64,000 bases of DNA from positions 3,005,130-3,069,129 of the forward strand of contig MU054391.1 in NCBI GenBank assembly GCA_013239625.1, written 5' to 3'. The stretch comes from Lama guanicoe. Lineage: Eukaryota. Of this stretch, positions 23,166-36,281 are shown piece after piece (position 1 is the stretch's first letter; the number at the start of each line of letters is the position of its first letter). The position numbers and the translations under genes were made by a program. The notes beneath the pieces were generated by a model. That model made no database searches and was not told the origin of the DNA. It saw nothing but the letters and a program-made list of their open reading frames with translations.

Positions 23166-25289
23166 TTAATGTTTAAATGGACATTAAACATTGTCCCTCA
23201 TGAATTGTCCCTTATGAATTCTGGCATCTCTTACACAGTCACCAGACGTGAATTCACCCCCGAGACACATGTTCCTTGACTCTCTGTGCATGTGGGCCCC
23301 TTAAAGACAGAAATTTCAGGGGTGGAACTCAATCCAGCTCTGCTCATCAGAGTGACCTTCCACCTGGACTGTCCGCACAGACCCCATGTGAGGCACGCTG
23401 GTGGCAGCAGGCGCTGCAGGATGCAGGGAGGGACAGACATGCCAACAGACATCCAGGTCTCCAATGTGGTACCTACACGGTAAGGCACAGCTGACTAAAT
23501 GCGCCTCAGAGAGACCAAAGCTGGTTTTGAGAGACGTGTGGGAGATTTCCAGGAAGAAGACAAGAACAAGGTTATTCTCACGAGGAACAGTGCACACCCA
23601 GTCATCAGAGTCACCCCTGCGTGTTCAGAGACGCTGGAGGAGCTCCAGCCGTGGACTGCGAAGCCTGTGGGCTGTAGACGATGGTGTTCCAGGGGGCTGA
23701 CGGTGAGGAGTGGTGGCTTGGGCACGGAGGGCTGGGTATCTGGGCCATCCTGCAGAGCAGACGTCGCCAGCTCTCAGTGCTCTCCTGCCCGCAGAGCCTC
23801 CCAGCGGCATAGAGCTTGGGTGTCACCTGGGCATTGGTGTTCTTAGAAAGTCTTAGATAATGCTGACATGCATCTTCCAAATGATAATCATGGAGACAGG
23901 CGAGGCTTTTTAGGGTAAAGGTGAAAAAGGACATGGTCAGCTCAGCTCCCAACCCCTAGAACTAGTTCAGTAAAAAATGAACAAACAAACAAACAAATAA
24001 ATAAATAAATAAAATAAGAATTTCTTTAATGATGGATGAAGTTTTTCTGAGATCTTAGTAATTGGAGGGCGTGTCAAGCATCTTAGTGGTGAATCAAGTA
24101 AAAAGCATAAACTATCAACGGAGTCCAGGTGAGGAAGCCACCTGGTTACCTTTCCTGAAGCAGCAAGCGTGCCTCAGAGCCCGGATTCCAGAATCCCCAT
24201 GTGTGATTACAGACACTCCAGCTACCTCTTGCAGGAGGGCACACTGCTACAGGGAAGTTCTAAGAGTAGGTGTGTGAGTGGTGCCGCAATGATTGTCCTG
24301 AATCCTCCGCAAACCACAATACGCACATCCCATACATAGATGGAGAATCTGGTGGAAGCAGTGTTTACAAAGCAGGTAAGGAGGGTCGATGCGCGCTACA
24401 AGCTCGCTGGCTTTCGTAAGCATCCATCTTTCAGCTAAGAGTCATAAAACACCAGGGAGGGCCCAGAGCCCCCTCGGAAGGGCTGCTCTAACCAGACTGT
24501 TGCAAGGAAGTTAGGCAGAGGTCAGCGATGACAGAGCATTTGGGTCCCCAGCATCCCGACACACCCTTCTGTCACCTCCCAAGGTGCTGCAGTGCCTCCC
24601 CCGGGAGGGGCTTGCCCCCTGGGAAGGGCAGCTCATGAAAATCCTCAGGGAAACCCAGCTAAATGAGAGTGTTCTCTGAGTTCAGTGGGATGTTGATTAA
24701 TTTTCTTAGAATTTGCCACGGATTTCAATGATATTTCTTCAGGAAGCCTGCCTTTGTGAGTATCTTTTATCCAGATTGGCTTTTATGACTTTTAGAACAT
24801 ACTAAGTGTCCTATTTTTAAAATGCTTAGGGTCAGAATGAGTCAGGTCAGAAGTGAAACAGAAAAGCCTGTCTCTGTGCATGTGTCTGTCAATGTGTGTG
24901 TGTGAGTGTGTGAGTGTGTGTTGAAGGTGGTACCCAGGAGGGGATGGGCAATACTTTGGTATTGCCATATGGCGTATATGCAAATATAGATGTAGAAACT
25001 TAGCCACACTGAATTGGGCATCTGTGCTTGACAATATTGCTTGAAGTGAAGCTTTCAAAATAAAGATCGTCATAATAATGCACTTGCAATGAGGCTTTTT
25101 GTTGGTGTTTTATTTGGTAAGTGGCATTTCTGAGCTCAGTCTGTGAAGCAGCCTCTCCCTCCCCCCGTGCCCAGAGGGCCTCTGGTCATGTTTTGTCCTC
25201 TGTTCTGCAAAGGTCAGAAGTGAGCTCTTTCTTTCCTGGACACCGCTAGCATGCCCACATGGCTTTATCTGATAGTTCCCTGAACCCCA

Positions 25290-25628
25290 AACTCCCTGGT
25301 ATTCCTCAGCAGACCAGGTCGCTCAGGTAAGCCTCAAGGCCTTGCATCTCATAATCCTCCTGCCTGGAGTTTGCTGCTTGTTCTCTCCCTCCCTTCCAGT
25401 GACGTCTTCCTCCAAAATAGTTACTATCACCTGAGGATGACACACCTATCTGATGATGAGAAGCACAGACACAAATGTGTCTGGTTTGATTGATTGATTT
25501 GACATCTGTCTCTGCATGAAGACGGGGATTTTTGTCTGTTTATTGACTGCTAACCTCCCTGTGCCTGTAACAGTGCCTGCACATAGAAGGCATGCAATGA
25601 ATATTTGTTGGGTGAATTAATAGATTAA
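25290..25628 (+). mobile_element. L2 3' end
   Basis: ggggatttttgtctgtttatt...aacagtgcctgcacatagaaggc...aatatttgttgggtgaattaat is a typical L2 terminus. Confidence 0.8.
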
Positions 25629-27448
25629 CAAATATAAAGGTCACGTACAAATATAAAAAAGAAACTGAATTTAGGGAATAAGAGGAAAAAAGGGAAAGGA
25701 AAAAATTAGCAGCAGAACCAGAGTTTGCTTGGGATACACTTAAAACCAGTTGACACTAGAGAAAAATGATAATTTAATGAAAAATATTAAAGAATGAATA
25801 AAAAAAACCAAAGGAAAGTAAATGAAGAGAAAGAAGATGGTATACAAGGAAAAAAAAAAAGACCAGACATCTCATCTTAAAATTATGATGTTATTTGAAT
25901 TAAACTAGAAAAATCAATGCAAGCAAATAATTAAAGACACCACTGGAGAAAATGTTCCCATAAAAGAATAAAATAAAAGTATTTTAATATGCAGCTTAAC
26001 TTGGCTTATTATTGTTCAGGATTTGCTCAGTGGTGTCTTGTCCGTGAGTAGTTAGTTAGCTGTTAGTTGTTAGTTGCTCTTGTGTGGGGCAGTGAAGTTG
26101 CGTATGACCTATGTCACCATCTTGGTGATGTCACTTTTATCATATTTGAGACGAGATCCACAAAATAAGCCATACTTACATGAAGTCTGCCTTTTTTTTT
26201 AGTTGCAGTGGTAACATTCTCTGGATTTTCAACAAAAAAGTGCAAAAGTCACCTGGAATCAGTCCTCACCACTGCAAGAGTTCATGTCCAAGACCCTGGA
26301 ACACATCAGTTATAAAGCCAAATGGTCACTGCACAATTTATGAATAGAATAAACAGGGGGAGGACGGAGCGTGTGTAGACACCGCTTTCTCCCGGACAGT
26401 AAAGGTAGAATGTATCATCTGTGGTGAGACGCAGCACTGCAGAAAAGCTGTGGCTGTGACTTCTGAACCTTCACTTTCCAGACTCTTAACAGTGGCTCCC
26501 CGCTGACTGTCCATGTGATATTTCACTGTATCCTTGATGCTTTAATGTTCCCGTCCTCAGATTCCACCATCTTGGCCATTTCTGGATCTTTTCCTATTGA
26601 TTGCTTTTTCTCTTGGTGACCAATCATATTTTCCTGCTTGTTGATATTTCTGATCCTTTTTTTTTTTGGATGCTGGACGTACTGAATTTCACATTACTGA
26701 TTCTTGAATTTTGTTTTATTCTTTAAATAGTGTGTTTGGGTTTGTTACACAGAAAATTACTTAACGTTAGTTGGATCATTTCAAAGCTTGCTTTTCGTAT
26801 TTGTTAGAGTGAGTTCTGTGCAGCTGTTTGCATCCTGACATGCCCTGTGGGGTTTCTGGGCTGGACATTTCCTATGTCTTGCTCACTTAAGCCATTTGAG
26901 TCTCGGACGGAGAACAGCAGTGATTTCAAATGTTTATGAATTTCTGTGATGTCTAGTGACAGTATTTCAGTACTCATTCATCCATCCAATTCCTGCTCGT
27001 TAAGAGTCAAGCATCTCCTCTTCTGTGCAGCTGGCCCTGCTCACGTTCCTCCCGGCTCCCCCATCAGCAGTGAACCATCACTGTTTTGGGCCCCTTCCTC
27101 ATTGGAGACCACTTAGCGCACTGTGTGCACCTTCCACACTGTCCCCATGTGTGTTGTCCTTTTGGGATCACAGCACCTTGACAGTTGAAACCTTGACTCA
27201 TCCGTCATTCATGCCAACCTACATAATGTCTCTACACGTTTGTTGAATGAGTATCTCCTTCTAGGCACGATAAGCTTTCTTCCTTGTAGAAAGGCATACT
27301 TGTGACTTGGAATAGTGAGGCTCCAGAGCTGCCAGATTTGAACACAGACTCTGTTCCCACTTCCAGGCAGACGCTGGAATCCATTATCAATAAGGAATCC
27401 AGGGAAGAGGATTTACATTGCTGATGACATTCTACATGTTAAAAAAAA

Positions 27449-27580
27449 TTATATATATATGTGTGTGTGTGTATATATATATAATGTGTATATATATATA
27501 TTATGTGTATATATATATATATTATATATGTGTGTGTGTGTGTATATATATACACACACACACACATATATATATATTTA
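27449..27580. repeat. Compound (TA)/(TG)/(CA) microsatellite containing a 50-bp perfect palindrome
   Basis: 27523-27572 = (TA)3(TG)7(TA)5(CA)7(TA)3. Confidence 0.95.
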
Positions 27581-28844
27581 TCAGAGTATAGTCAGCTTAC
27601 GACATTCTACTTTTTATTTTACTATGCACTACGTTTTCTCTCACCAAAAGTATTGTGTTTCCATAGCAGCAATAGGGAAAAAAATCAAGCTGATTACAGG
27701 AATAAAATGCTATTTCACCTTGGAAAATCATACTTTACTGAATTTTGCTTAATGTAAAAAAAGGCCATTTCTTTTCAATAATGAGGGAATTATACAAGCG
27801 CATACTGACTGTGACACCATGGACACTCGGGGCAGGGAAAGAGACTCCCTGTGGAGGCGTGGTGAGACCATCTGCTTCGCTGCTGGGAGGATGCTGTCCC
27901 CGCCTGGACTCCTGCAGGGTGGCAGCTGCAGATGCCTGACTCGGTGCCCTGCCAAGAGGCCTGTGTGGGCCAGGCATGGAAAGAGCTGGAATCCAGTGGG
28001 CATGTGTTCTGGCTGCTGCTCAGCCCCTCTGCCTGGTCCAGCAGCCTGGGGTCTCCGGCCTGGGGGACAGCGAGGAGGGTGCCCTGGGCAACGCTTATGG
28101 AAAGTCTGCTGCCCCTGGACCAGTCAGAGAAGAGCAAGGGGCAGATTCCAGGGGGACCCGACCCTCCTCGTTCACACACGGACTTGAAGGTGCAGACAGT
28201 GGAAAGCACCCGGAAGTCAGATGCCTGGCTGATGTGGTGCAGCCAGAATGCCAGCCTCACTAGGCAGGTGTCTGTCTAGATAGACAGAGTCATTTTTTAT
28301 TAAGGTTTATCATTGAACCAGTATCCCCAGATGCTCAGCTCCTCCTCTTGCTCCTGGACACCAGGCTTCTTGAAGGTTTCCCTTCCCTCACCCGTTACTG
28401 TGACCGCTGTGTGCCGCCACCTGGACAGTGGCCGTGAGGAGGCAGGGAGTCCTACAGGGAAGGGCCCGTGCCTCCTCCCTCAGCGCCGAAAGCCAGGTGA
28501 CTGTTTCCTGTGGCATCTGCTCCAAACAGACAATTTCAAGAATGTTTCTTCAGATACAAGTGCCCTGATATGGACACCCTTCCCAAACCTTTCCTTGGTC
28601 CCGCACATGGAAACACATGTAATTGCCACCGTTCCCCGTGACCATGGGTTGAGAGACAAATCCTTCACACCTGCTGAAAGCCTTAAAACTAAAGTCACCG
28701 TCAGCTCCAAACACTGTCAGTTTAGAATCCAGAATACAGACAGACATACAGACAGAATCCAGAATCCAGCACCCTCTCTTTTAAGAAGACCAACATTGCC
28801 CCTCTATCTTTTATAATAACTGCACCGTATATATGTTGATTTTA

Positions 28845-28960
28845 TTAAATCATAGGATTTCCACCCTAAAAGGCTCCTTGGAATCACCTAGTTAGAATTT
28901 CTTTCAGCTTAGAAGTGAGGAAACGGAGCACCAAACAGCTGTGGGTTTCCAAGTTCTAGA
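28845..28960 (-). mobile_element. MIR fragment
   Basis: aatcataggattt...ccttggaatcacctag...tagaagtgaggaaacggagcac. Confidence 0.55.
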
Positions 28961-30144
28961 AGCTGCTTATCAGGTTAGGCATTTAGAACAATAATCCAGA
29001 TCTTCCTGTGACAGGAGGTTTGGTTCAGTGCAGAGAACTTGTGGGGCAGAGACCCCTGTAAGGCTGTCTTTGAAATCCAGTGCCCACCTCCTGCTGAGAC
29101 ATAGGTTTGGGCTGTGATGTAATTCTCTGCAGTTGTCAGCTGGTGTTCGGACTGGACGCAGCATCTCTGAACAACAGGGATGCCGACTCTGAGGGTGTCA
29201 GGCTCACGCCTTCAGAGGAATGCGGTGCTGGCCAGCCCTGTCTGTACAAGCGGGTGGGCTGCTCTGGTCGGCCAGCATGTGGCAGATGGGGGTGAGACAC
29301 AGACACGACGGCAGTTTTTCATGGAGGTCCTGATGCCGCAGAGCTGACGCATGCTCTCGCCACGCGGTGGGTGTGTGTGGGTGTCGGGCAGGGCCAGCTC
29401 TTCCAGGGGCCGGAGAGCCCTCCGGTCCTCCCACCGGCCCAGGGGCGGGGAAGGAGGTGTAAACACGTGTGCCTGCAGTGACAGCAGGTGGAGCGGACCC
29501 GGGGCGCATTCTGCTCTGGCCTCTGCTGGGGGCTAGGCACCGGAATTGTCTTGTGATGGAAGCTCTTTGTCCAGCCCAAGGAGACAACAAATAACTGGGG
29601 GGCAGCTATAAACACTGAGGGACACTCACTCCCAAGACCTCTTGCCAGGTCACAGCCAGAGGCACCTGTGCCCCTGCCCAGGAGTGCCGACCGCTCCCAA
29701 GGCCACGGGACTATGCAGAGGGACGCAGGAAGGACGGGCCCAGGGCACAGCTGCCACCGCAGGCCCTGCCGCTTCCTTCTAGGCAGGGTGCAGCTGCGTT
29801 CCCGTGTCCGTGTCACCTAGTCCTTCCGGGGCCTGCCCTCGAAGCCACCTGCTGGAAGTGGGAAGCTATGGGTCCCTTCACGGCTTGCGACCCCTGGGAA
29901 ATCCCCGGGTGCGGCTGCCACCGTTCATGCCCTAGGAGGGTCTCTTGCTTCAGAGAAAGAGGGAAACACGACCCGGGTGGGTGCTGGCTACAAGCATCTG
30001 CTTCTCTCCCCTCCGCGTGTCTTCCCTTCTTCTGTTCTTGGTTTCTTCTACGTCCCCTGTCATCTCACTAGAGACGGGAGACTTTTCAAACAGGGAGGGG
30101 ATGTTAGAGGCTGTACAGTTATGACTCCCTTTATGTCATTGCAT

Positions 30145-30398
30145 TTTTTTACATTTTTAATTTTAGTTTTTATTTTTTTATTGGAGTGTAGTTGATTTAT
30201 AATGTTAGTTTCAGGTGTGCAGCAAAGCAATTCAGGCACACACACATTTTTTTTTTCAGATTCTTCTCCATTATATGTTATTACAGGGCATCGGAGACAG
30301 TTCCCTCTGCTCTACAGCAGGTCCTTGCTGTTTATCAATCTTATTTATAGTAACGTTTCTCTGCTAATCTCACACTCCTGGTTTATCCCTCCCACCCC
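30145..30398 (-). mobile_element. Cetartiodactyl L1 3' UTR fragment
   Basis: T-tail, ttggagtgtagttgatttataatgttagtttcaggtg...ttcagattcttctccattat...caggtccttgctgtttatc; antisense paralog of 1-431. Confidence 0.88.
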
Positions 30399-31734
30399 TG
30401 GAAAATTGAGCCTGGAGAGGGGCAGTGGTTTGTCCAGGTTAAGAAAAGGGAAGCCCAGATGTTGGACAATTCTTAATACAGGATGGGTCATCTTTCTTCC
30501 CCCCTGAAGTCCACTGCTTCTTACCCACATCCATCTTTTCCCACCTTATCTGCGGAGCAGTTGGACAACGTGTTTCTCTGTCAACCTATTCACAAATTTT
30601 AGTAACACAGATGGTTTCCAATTTCCTGCAGCATCGTTAACAAAGCGAAGCAATAGAACCTTGCTGGATTTGGAGTCCTGGTTGGTAAAACCACCTTCAC
30701 TTTGCATCAGGCACATCACCCTCTCACCCGGGACCATGCCCTCATCTTCACCGCGGGGACGCTGGACCACAGGCTCTCTAGAGGTCGCTCGGGCCGGAGC
30801 ATTTTCTCATCCCTCACGTGGTTTCCATGTCATCTGACTGGTTTGAACACACATGTTGGGGGGAGCAGGGTGTTTGAGACATCCCAACCTTCCAGTCCCC
30901 AAACGTAAGAGTTTGGCCCATCATACTTGAGAGCTGCTTTTTGTTAGATCTGCTAGAAAGTGAGCTACCAGCCCCCCCACCCCGACCCTGCCCATCACAC
31001 ATTCTCGTGCACAGCCCTGAACAGCGGTCGGAGTGAGGGTCCCGGGAGAGGTCCCTCCGCGGCCACGTTCTGTGCTGTGTTTCGGATCAGCCCTGAGTCT
31101 GGTGATTCCTCTGTAGGCCGGCTATCTCAGCCACATCTTCGAGGCAAGATTCCCTCACACGTTACGTCTCCGTGGCTTGGGTGTCCGGACATCAGCCAGG
31201 GCCTGACGGGGCAGAGCTTCGTCCCACAAGCGGGACGTTATGGGGTGTCTCGCCCATGTACCCTGGGCGATTTACTAAATGCACGTGACTGGAGAGCTGG
31301 GGCATTCTCGTTTTATCTCAAGACCGACTCTGCCAGGCCGGGCCCAGTGGGAAAGTGGCACAAGTCCAGGACTCAAGGCTAGCGTGCTAGTCGGTGCTTC
31401 GCAAAGGGCCCTGAGTGCAACTGACCCTCGGTGCAGAGCCAGTTCTGCGCCATGTGAATCCGCTGCTGGCTGGCCACCTGTCTTTTCCTGAGGTCACCCT
31501 TTCTCCTCTCCCCAGCGGGCTGTGGGAGAAGGAATCTGAGGCTGGAAAATCTGCCTCCACCGCATAATAACCCTCGTGATTCTGAATAAGCTGCTTAATT
31601 TCCTTATTAGAAAAATAAATCTACTAACAATATGGTGACTATTAGGGTTAGATCAGGAAGGGTGACCACGTAGATGATTCTAATGGCTGGTATTTTATTT
31701 CCATGTGATATTTGTGAGTCCATATGGTATGTCC

Positions 31735-31840
31735 AACACTTAACATTTCATCCTGGCAAATATATTAATCTCTATTTTATGCATTAGCAACTTGAGGCAC
31801 AGAGGCGTTAGATAACTTGCCCAAGGTTACAGAGAGAATA
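31735..31840 (-). mobile_element. MIR core fragment
   Basis: tgaggcacagaggcgttagataacttgcccaaggttacag. Confidence 0.75.
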
Positions 31841-31844
31841 CTGT

Positions 31845-31857
31845 AAAGAGATATGTG

Positions 31858-31898
<41 letters not shown>

Positions 31899-32249
31899 GA
31901 ATATTACTCAGCCACAAAAATGAATGAAATAGCACCATTTGCAGCAATATAGATGGACCCAGAGATTATCCTATTAAGTGAAGTACGTCAGCTAGAGAAA
32001 GAGGAATACCAATGGTATCACTTATATGTGGAATCAAAAAACTTATTTACAAAACAGTAATAGACTCACAGTCATAGAAAATGAACTTACGGTCACCAAA
32101 GTGGAAATGGGGGAGGGATAAATTAGGAGTTTGAGATTAGCAGATACACACTACTGTATATAAAATAGATAAACAACAAGGACCTACTATATAGCACAGG
32201 GAACTGTCCTCAATATCTTGTAATAGTTTATAAAGGAAAATAACCTAAA

Positions 32250-32290
<41 letters not shown>

Positions 32291-32425
32291 ATATATATTA
32301 TATATAATATATTTGGTTCATTTCTGACAATGATATGTGTGTGTGTGTGTATATATATACACATATATATATATACAGAGAGAGAGAGAGAGAGACTGAA
32401 TCAATTAAAAATGAATAAAAAAAAT
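31845..32425 (+). mobile_element. Cetartiodactyl L1 3' end carrying (AC)18 and (TA)/(TG)/(GA) microsatellites
   Basis: tggaatattactcagcc...ccatttgcagcaa...agactcacagtcatagaaaa...tataaaatagataaacaacaaggacctactatatagcacagggaact; paralog of 1-431. Confidence 0.92.
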
Positions 32426-33699
32426 TGGACCTTTGCTGCTAAAAAATATTTTTAAAAAGTCCATGGTCTAGGTTTATCTTTAATCACCCAAAGTGCCTGC
32501 CGAATCAGATTGCCCTGTAAGTGAAGACCTGGGTTGGAATGAACAAGGCTGCAGGGTGCTTCACCAACATCCCTGCTGTAGGTGGTACCTACATCTCTAT
32601 GTCCAGAGCCCCAGCCTCTTGGAGTGGGGATCCCACTGTGCTTGTTGGCTGGCTGTCTTCCAGGACAGGTGATCTGCCGGACCAGTTGTCTCCAGTTCTG
32701 CTCCTTGGAATTTCTCAGGACTGAGGATAAAGGACACACAGTTCTAATTTCATTGCATTAAGCAAAAAGTGGTCCATACTCAAAAGAAAGGTTGACGAGT
32801 CTGGGGCCGAGGCAGGCTCTTCTGTCCCAGATGCGTCCTCCTCAGGCACAGACCCCGGACGTCACTGCTTCTGCCGTGACCGCCCTGGTGTGGTACAAAC
32901 TCGGGTGCTCTCTGAGCCTGGAAGAGTCTAAGACAATCATTGTCAGAAATGAACCAAATTAATGAATGGAGGCTCAGTTTTCTCTAACAAGAATCAGTTA
33001 AGAGCAATGAATTCTCTTATGGGTGAAGCACCTCCATCTGAGCTCGGTTTGTGAATTCTAAGCAGTGAGCTCACGGCGTAGTCCTGTCTGGCAAGTAGCT
33101 CCTTCACCTGCAGCTCTTGTAATTTATCATGTGGGACCAGTACTCTATGTAGAAAGTTACATGAAGATATTTAATTTATGTAATTATTGTGTGAAAAAAT
33201 ATATGAAACATCAACTAGTACCTTGCCTCCCGGGTGACCTGAGGCTGCAGAACATCCCGTCTGCACTTGTAAGCACTGGTAACTTCCTTGTTTACCTTAC
33301 AAACCACAAGCTTGGCTGAAGGGACTGGATGGACAAAGGATTGTTTTTTGTTTGTTTGTTTGTTTGTTTGTTTGTTTAATTGATGTGTGGTACGGATTAA
33401 TGTGTTGAGAAAATAGAAGTTGGGAAACTCTCTAGAAACGTACCAAATTCTCATCCTTAAATAAGTACCATAATTGTTCGAACTCATTGTTCATGTTACT
33501 AGATCCACATAAAAGGAGCACCTTACTGAATTAGTAGCTAGTACAACATAAGTGAGTTCGGGATGCCACAGGCCATTTTTAAAAGCACAATGCTCTTCGG
33601 ATTGATACCTTCAAATAGTTGTGAGATGGATTGTTATTTCTGACCTCACTGAATTCCATAAATGTATACATTCCATAAATGTATCTATATGCAGCATTA

Positions 33700-35470
33700 C
33701 AAGTCTACAGTCTATCCATTCATGAAAAGAAAATTATCAGCCAAGTATGAAGAGAAGAGAACTTCACCCAGCTGAAAAAAGGAGCATCTACAAGAACACA
33801 TGTACTATTGCACTCACTGGTAAAAGACTAGATACATTCCTCCAGAGACTGCGTGCGAGCTTTGGGCATTAACTCTCACTGCTTCCTGTGAGCCACAGCA
33901 ATTGTAATAAGGCAAGAAAAAGAAATAAAGGCACAATTATTTCGCAGACGGCATGATTGTCTATGGGGGACCTCTAAGGAATTTTTTAGGACAAACAATG
34001 GATTTGTCAAGCTTGCAAGATAATGGTTAATAACCAAAACTTAAACAAGGGGAAAATGAAACATAAAACGCCATTTACAATATCCTCCGTCATACTTAGG
34101 AATACATTTTATGAAAGATGTTTAAGACCTCTGCAAAAATGACTATAAGACATTGTTAAGAGAAGACAGAAAAAATAAAAAGAGGGAAATCTAGATGAAA
34201 GCCACAGGGCCAGGCTAGTACACACTTACTTGAATGGATAAAATGAAAAGACACCTGGATCAAATCCTGCTGAGCATATGGAAAAACTTGAACTCCGATA
34301 CGCTGAACTTGGCACTGTAAAATGGTCAACTGTATCTGAGAAAAGTTGAGCAGTATTTATAAAAAGATGAATGTACTTATTATATTCGCTTTTTGTTTGT
34401 TTTTGCTTCTGTGTGACAAATTACTGCAAATTTAGCAACTTAAACTGACTCACATTTATTATCTCACAGTTTCCACACACTAGGAATCCAGGCAATGCTT
34501 CACCCTGGTCCACCACTTGGAAGGCTTCAGTCAAGTTGTCACCCGGGGCTGAGGTCTCATCTGAGGCTCTGGGTCCACTCCCAAGCTCACGTGGCTGTTG
34601 CAAGGAGTTAATTTCCTTGCAGCGGTACAGGTCTTGGTGTCTTGCTTCTTTGAGGCCAGGAGGCCAGTTTTTTACCCCAGAGCCTCTTTTAAAAGGCTTG
34701 CCAGATTAGGTTAGGCCCACCCTGGAGATCTCTCTGCTAATTGACTGAACGTCAATTGATTCGAAGTTTTAATGACAGCTTCAAATTCTTGCATCTTTGT
34801 GACCCAATCATGGAAATGACATCTATCATTCCCAGGTCCTGCTGCCACTCAGAGGAAGGGACTACAGGGCCATGCAGTCCAGGGGGCAGGGAGGCCTGGG
34901 GCAGTCTGCAGAGTTCTGTCTGCCATACTTACCGTATAACCCAGTAATTCCACCACCAAGCACTTACCTGAGATAACTGCAAACACACGTTCACAAGAAG
35001 ACTAGGACATATGTGCCCACACCAACCTTACTCATAGTAATTGAAAAACAGAAATGCACTGACCCACCAACAGGCTAACGGCCAGTCTGTGGTGTAATCG
35101 TCAACCCAGCAGCAAAACGGAAAAAAAAATGGACACACGCTACAATAGAGATGTATCTCTGAAACAGATCGAGTGGAAGAGGCCAGAAATAAGAGAATGT
35201 GTGTTATGATTCCATTAATATGAAATGCTAAAAGAGGCAAAATCAACCTGTTGTAACAGTGAGTGTGATAGAAATCTGATCGCCGACGTTACGAGGACGG
35301 GGAGGGCTGACCGCAGAGGAGCAAGAGGGAACTTCCTGAGTGATGGAAGTGTTTTGTATCTTTTTGGGAGCGATCGTCAATGCACATGCATGTATTTGTC
35401 TAAACTCATCAAACTATACACTCAAAATGTGTGTGCTACGTAAATTATGCAAATTATGTCTCAGTAAAGT
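33700..35470 (+). mobile_element. Old L1 (L1MD/L1ME-like) ORF2 3' region and 3' UTR, split by an MLT1E-like LTR
   Basis: aataaggcaagaaaaagaaataaaggc, atttcgcagacggcatgattgtc, ataacccagtaattccac, atgattccattaatatgaaatg, gatggaagtgttttgtatct. Confidence 0.75.
34381..34927 (-). mobile_element. MLT1E-like MaLR solo LTR inserted into L1
   Basis: acaaattactgcaaatttagcaacttaaa...catttattatctcacagttt...gctgaggtctcatctgaggctc...agagttctgtctgccata; 5-bp TSD cttat/cttac; L1 rejoins across it. Confidence 0.82.
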
Positions 35471-36238
35471 TGAGTCTTTTTTGTTAAAGGGGCCATTTTA
35501 CCAAAACCAAGCAAAAATAAATTCCAGGGGCCGGATTAATCTCAGAACACATGTGGAGCTATTCCTTTGCTTGATATAGTGTCAGACACTGAAACCTCGA
35601 CCGCCTACAGTGTGTCCAAATACTCCGGCCCAGAACCTCGCCTGCCGTCCAGTTAGTGGCTAGCATCTGGCATCCGTGATTGGCTTCACTTGTCTTGCAG
35701 TTTATGGATCTTCAGGCATCTTCACAATTGGCTCATTTTCTGCCTGAAGCTCTTGTGCATCCATGCGGTCCTTATATTTTTTTTATATAAGAACAAGGAA
35801 TAACTTGAAAGAAGAAAAAATCGTTTCTAACATTTGTTAGGAAAATTTATCATGATGGTACCAGCCAAAGATCCCGTTTTCCTTGCAGAAGCTCTTCCTT
35901 ATTTGATATGCACACACGTACACCTACACACGTTATCAACTTATTTCACTATTTTTCCCATCCACTGCAAAGAGCAATTTCAAAACTACGCTATGTGAGT
36001 TGTCCGAATTGCTAAGTAAAAAGAGCGCTTGTTTTCTCCAAGCGGTACTGATCTAGCTGAACAACAACCAGGCACGGGGAAGGGGCACCATGCGGTGACA
36101 TGCTGCCCGTGCATGGAAGGTTGTAGACACTGGGGGTGGAGAGAGAGTTTGGGGAGGGAGGGGCTTGAGTGGGTCCTCCAGCCTCCTCTTCTACAGGAAG
36201 CTTGTGGGTCCACAGGCATGCCACTTATTTCTTAGCCT

Positions 36239-36239
<1 letters not shown>

Positions 36240-36269
<30 letters not shown>

Positions 36270-36281
36270 GTATATATATAT
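36240..36281. repeat. (TA)n microsatellite forming a 42-bp perfect palindrome
   Basis: The single C (36251) and single G (36270) are symmetrically placed. Confidence 0.95.

Noticed and set aside
23190..23222. Short tandem duplications (also near 33654-33686 and 55312-55344)
   Set aside because: Ordinary 14-17 bp slippage duplications
27790..28816. Overlapping 95-167 aa ORFs on both strands
   Set aside because: GC-rich, stop-poor sequence with no homology recognised
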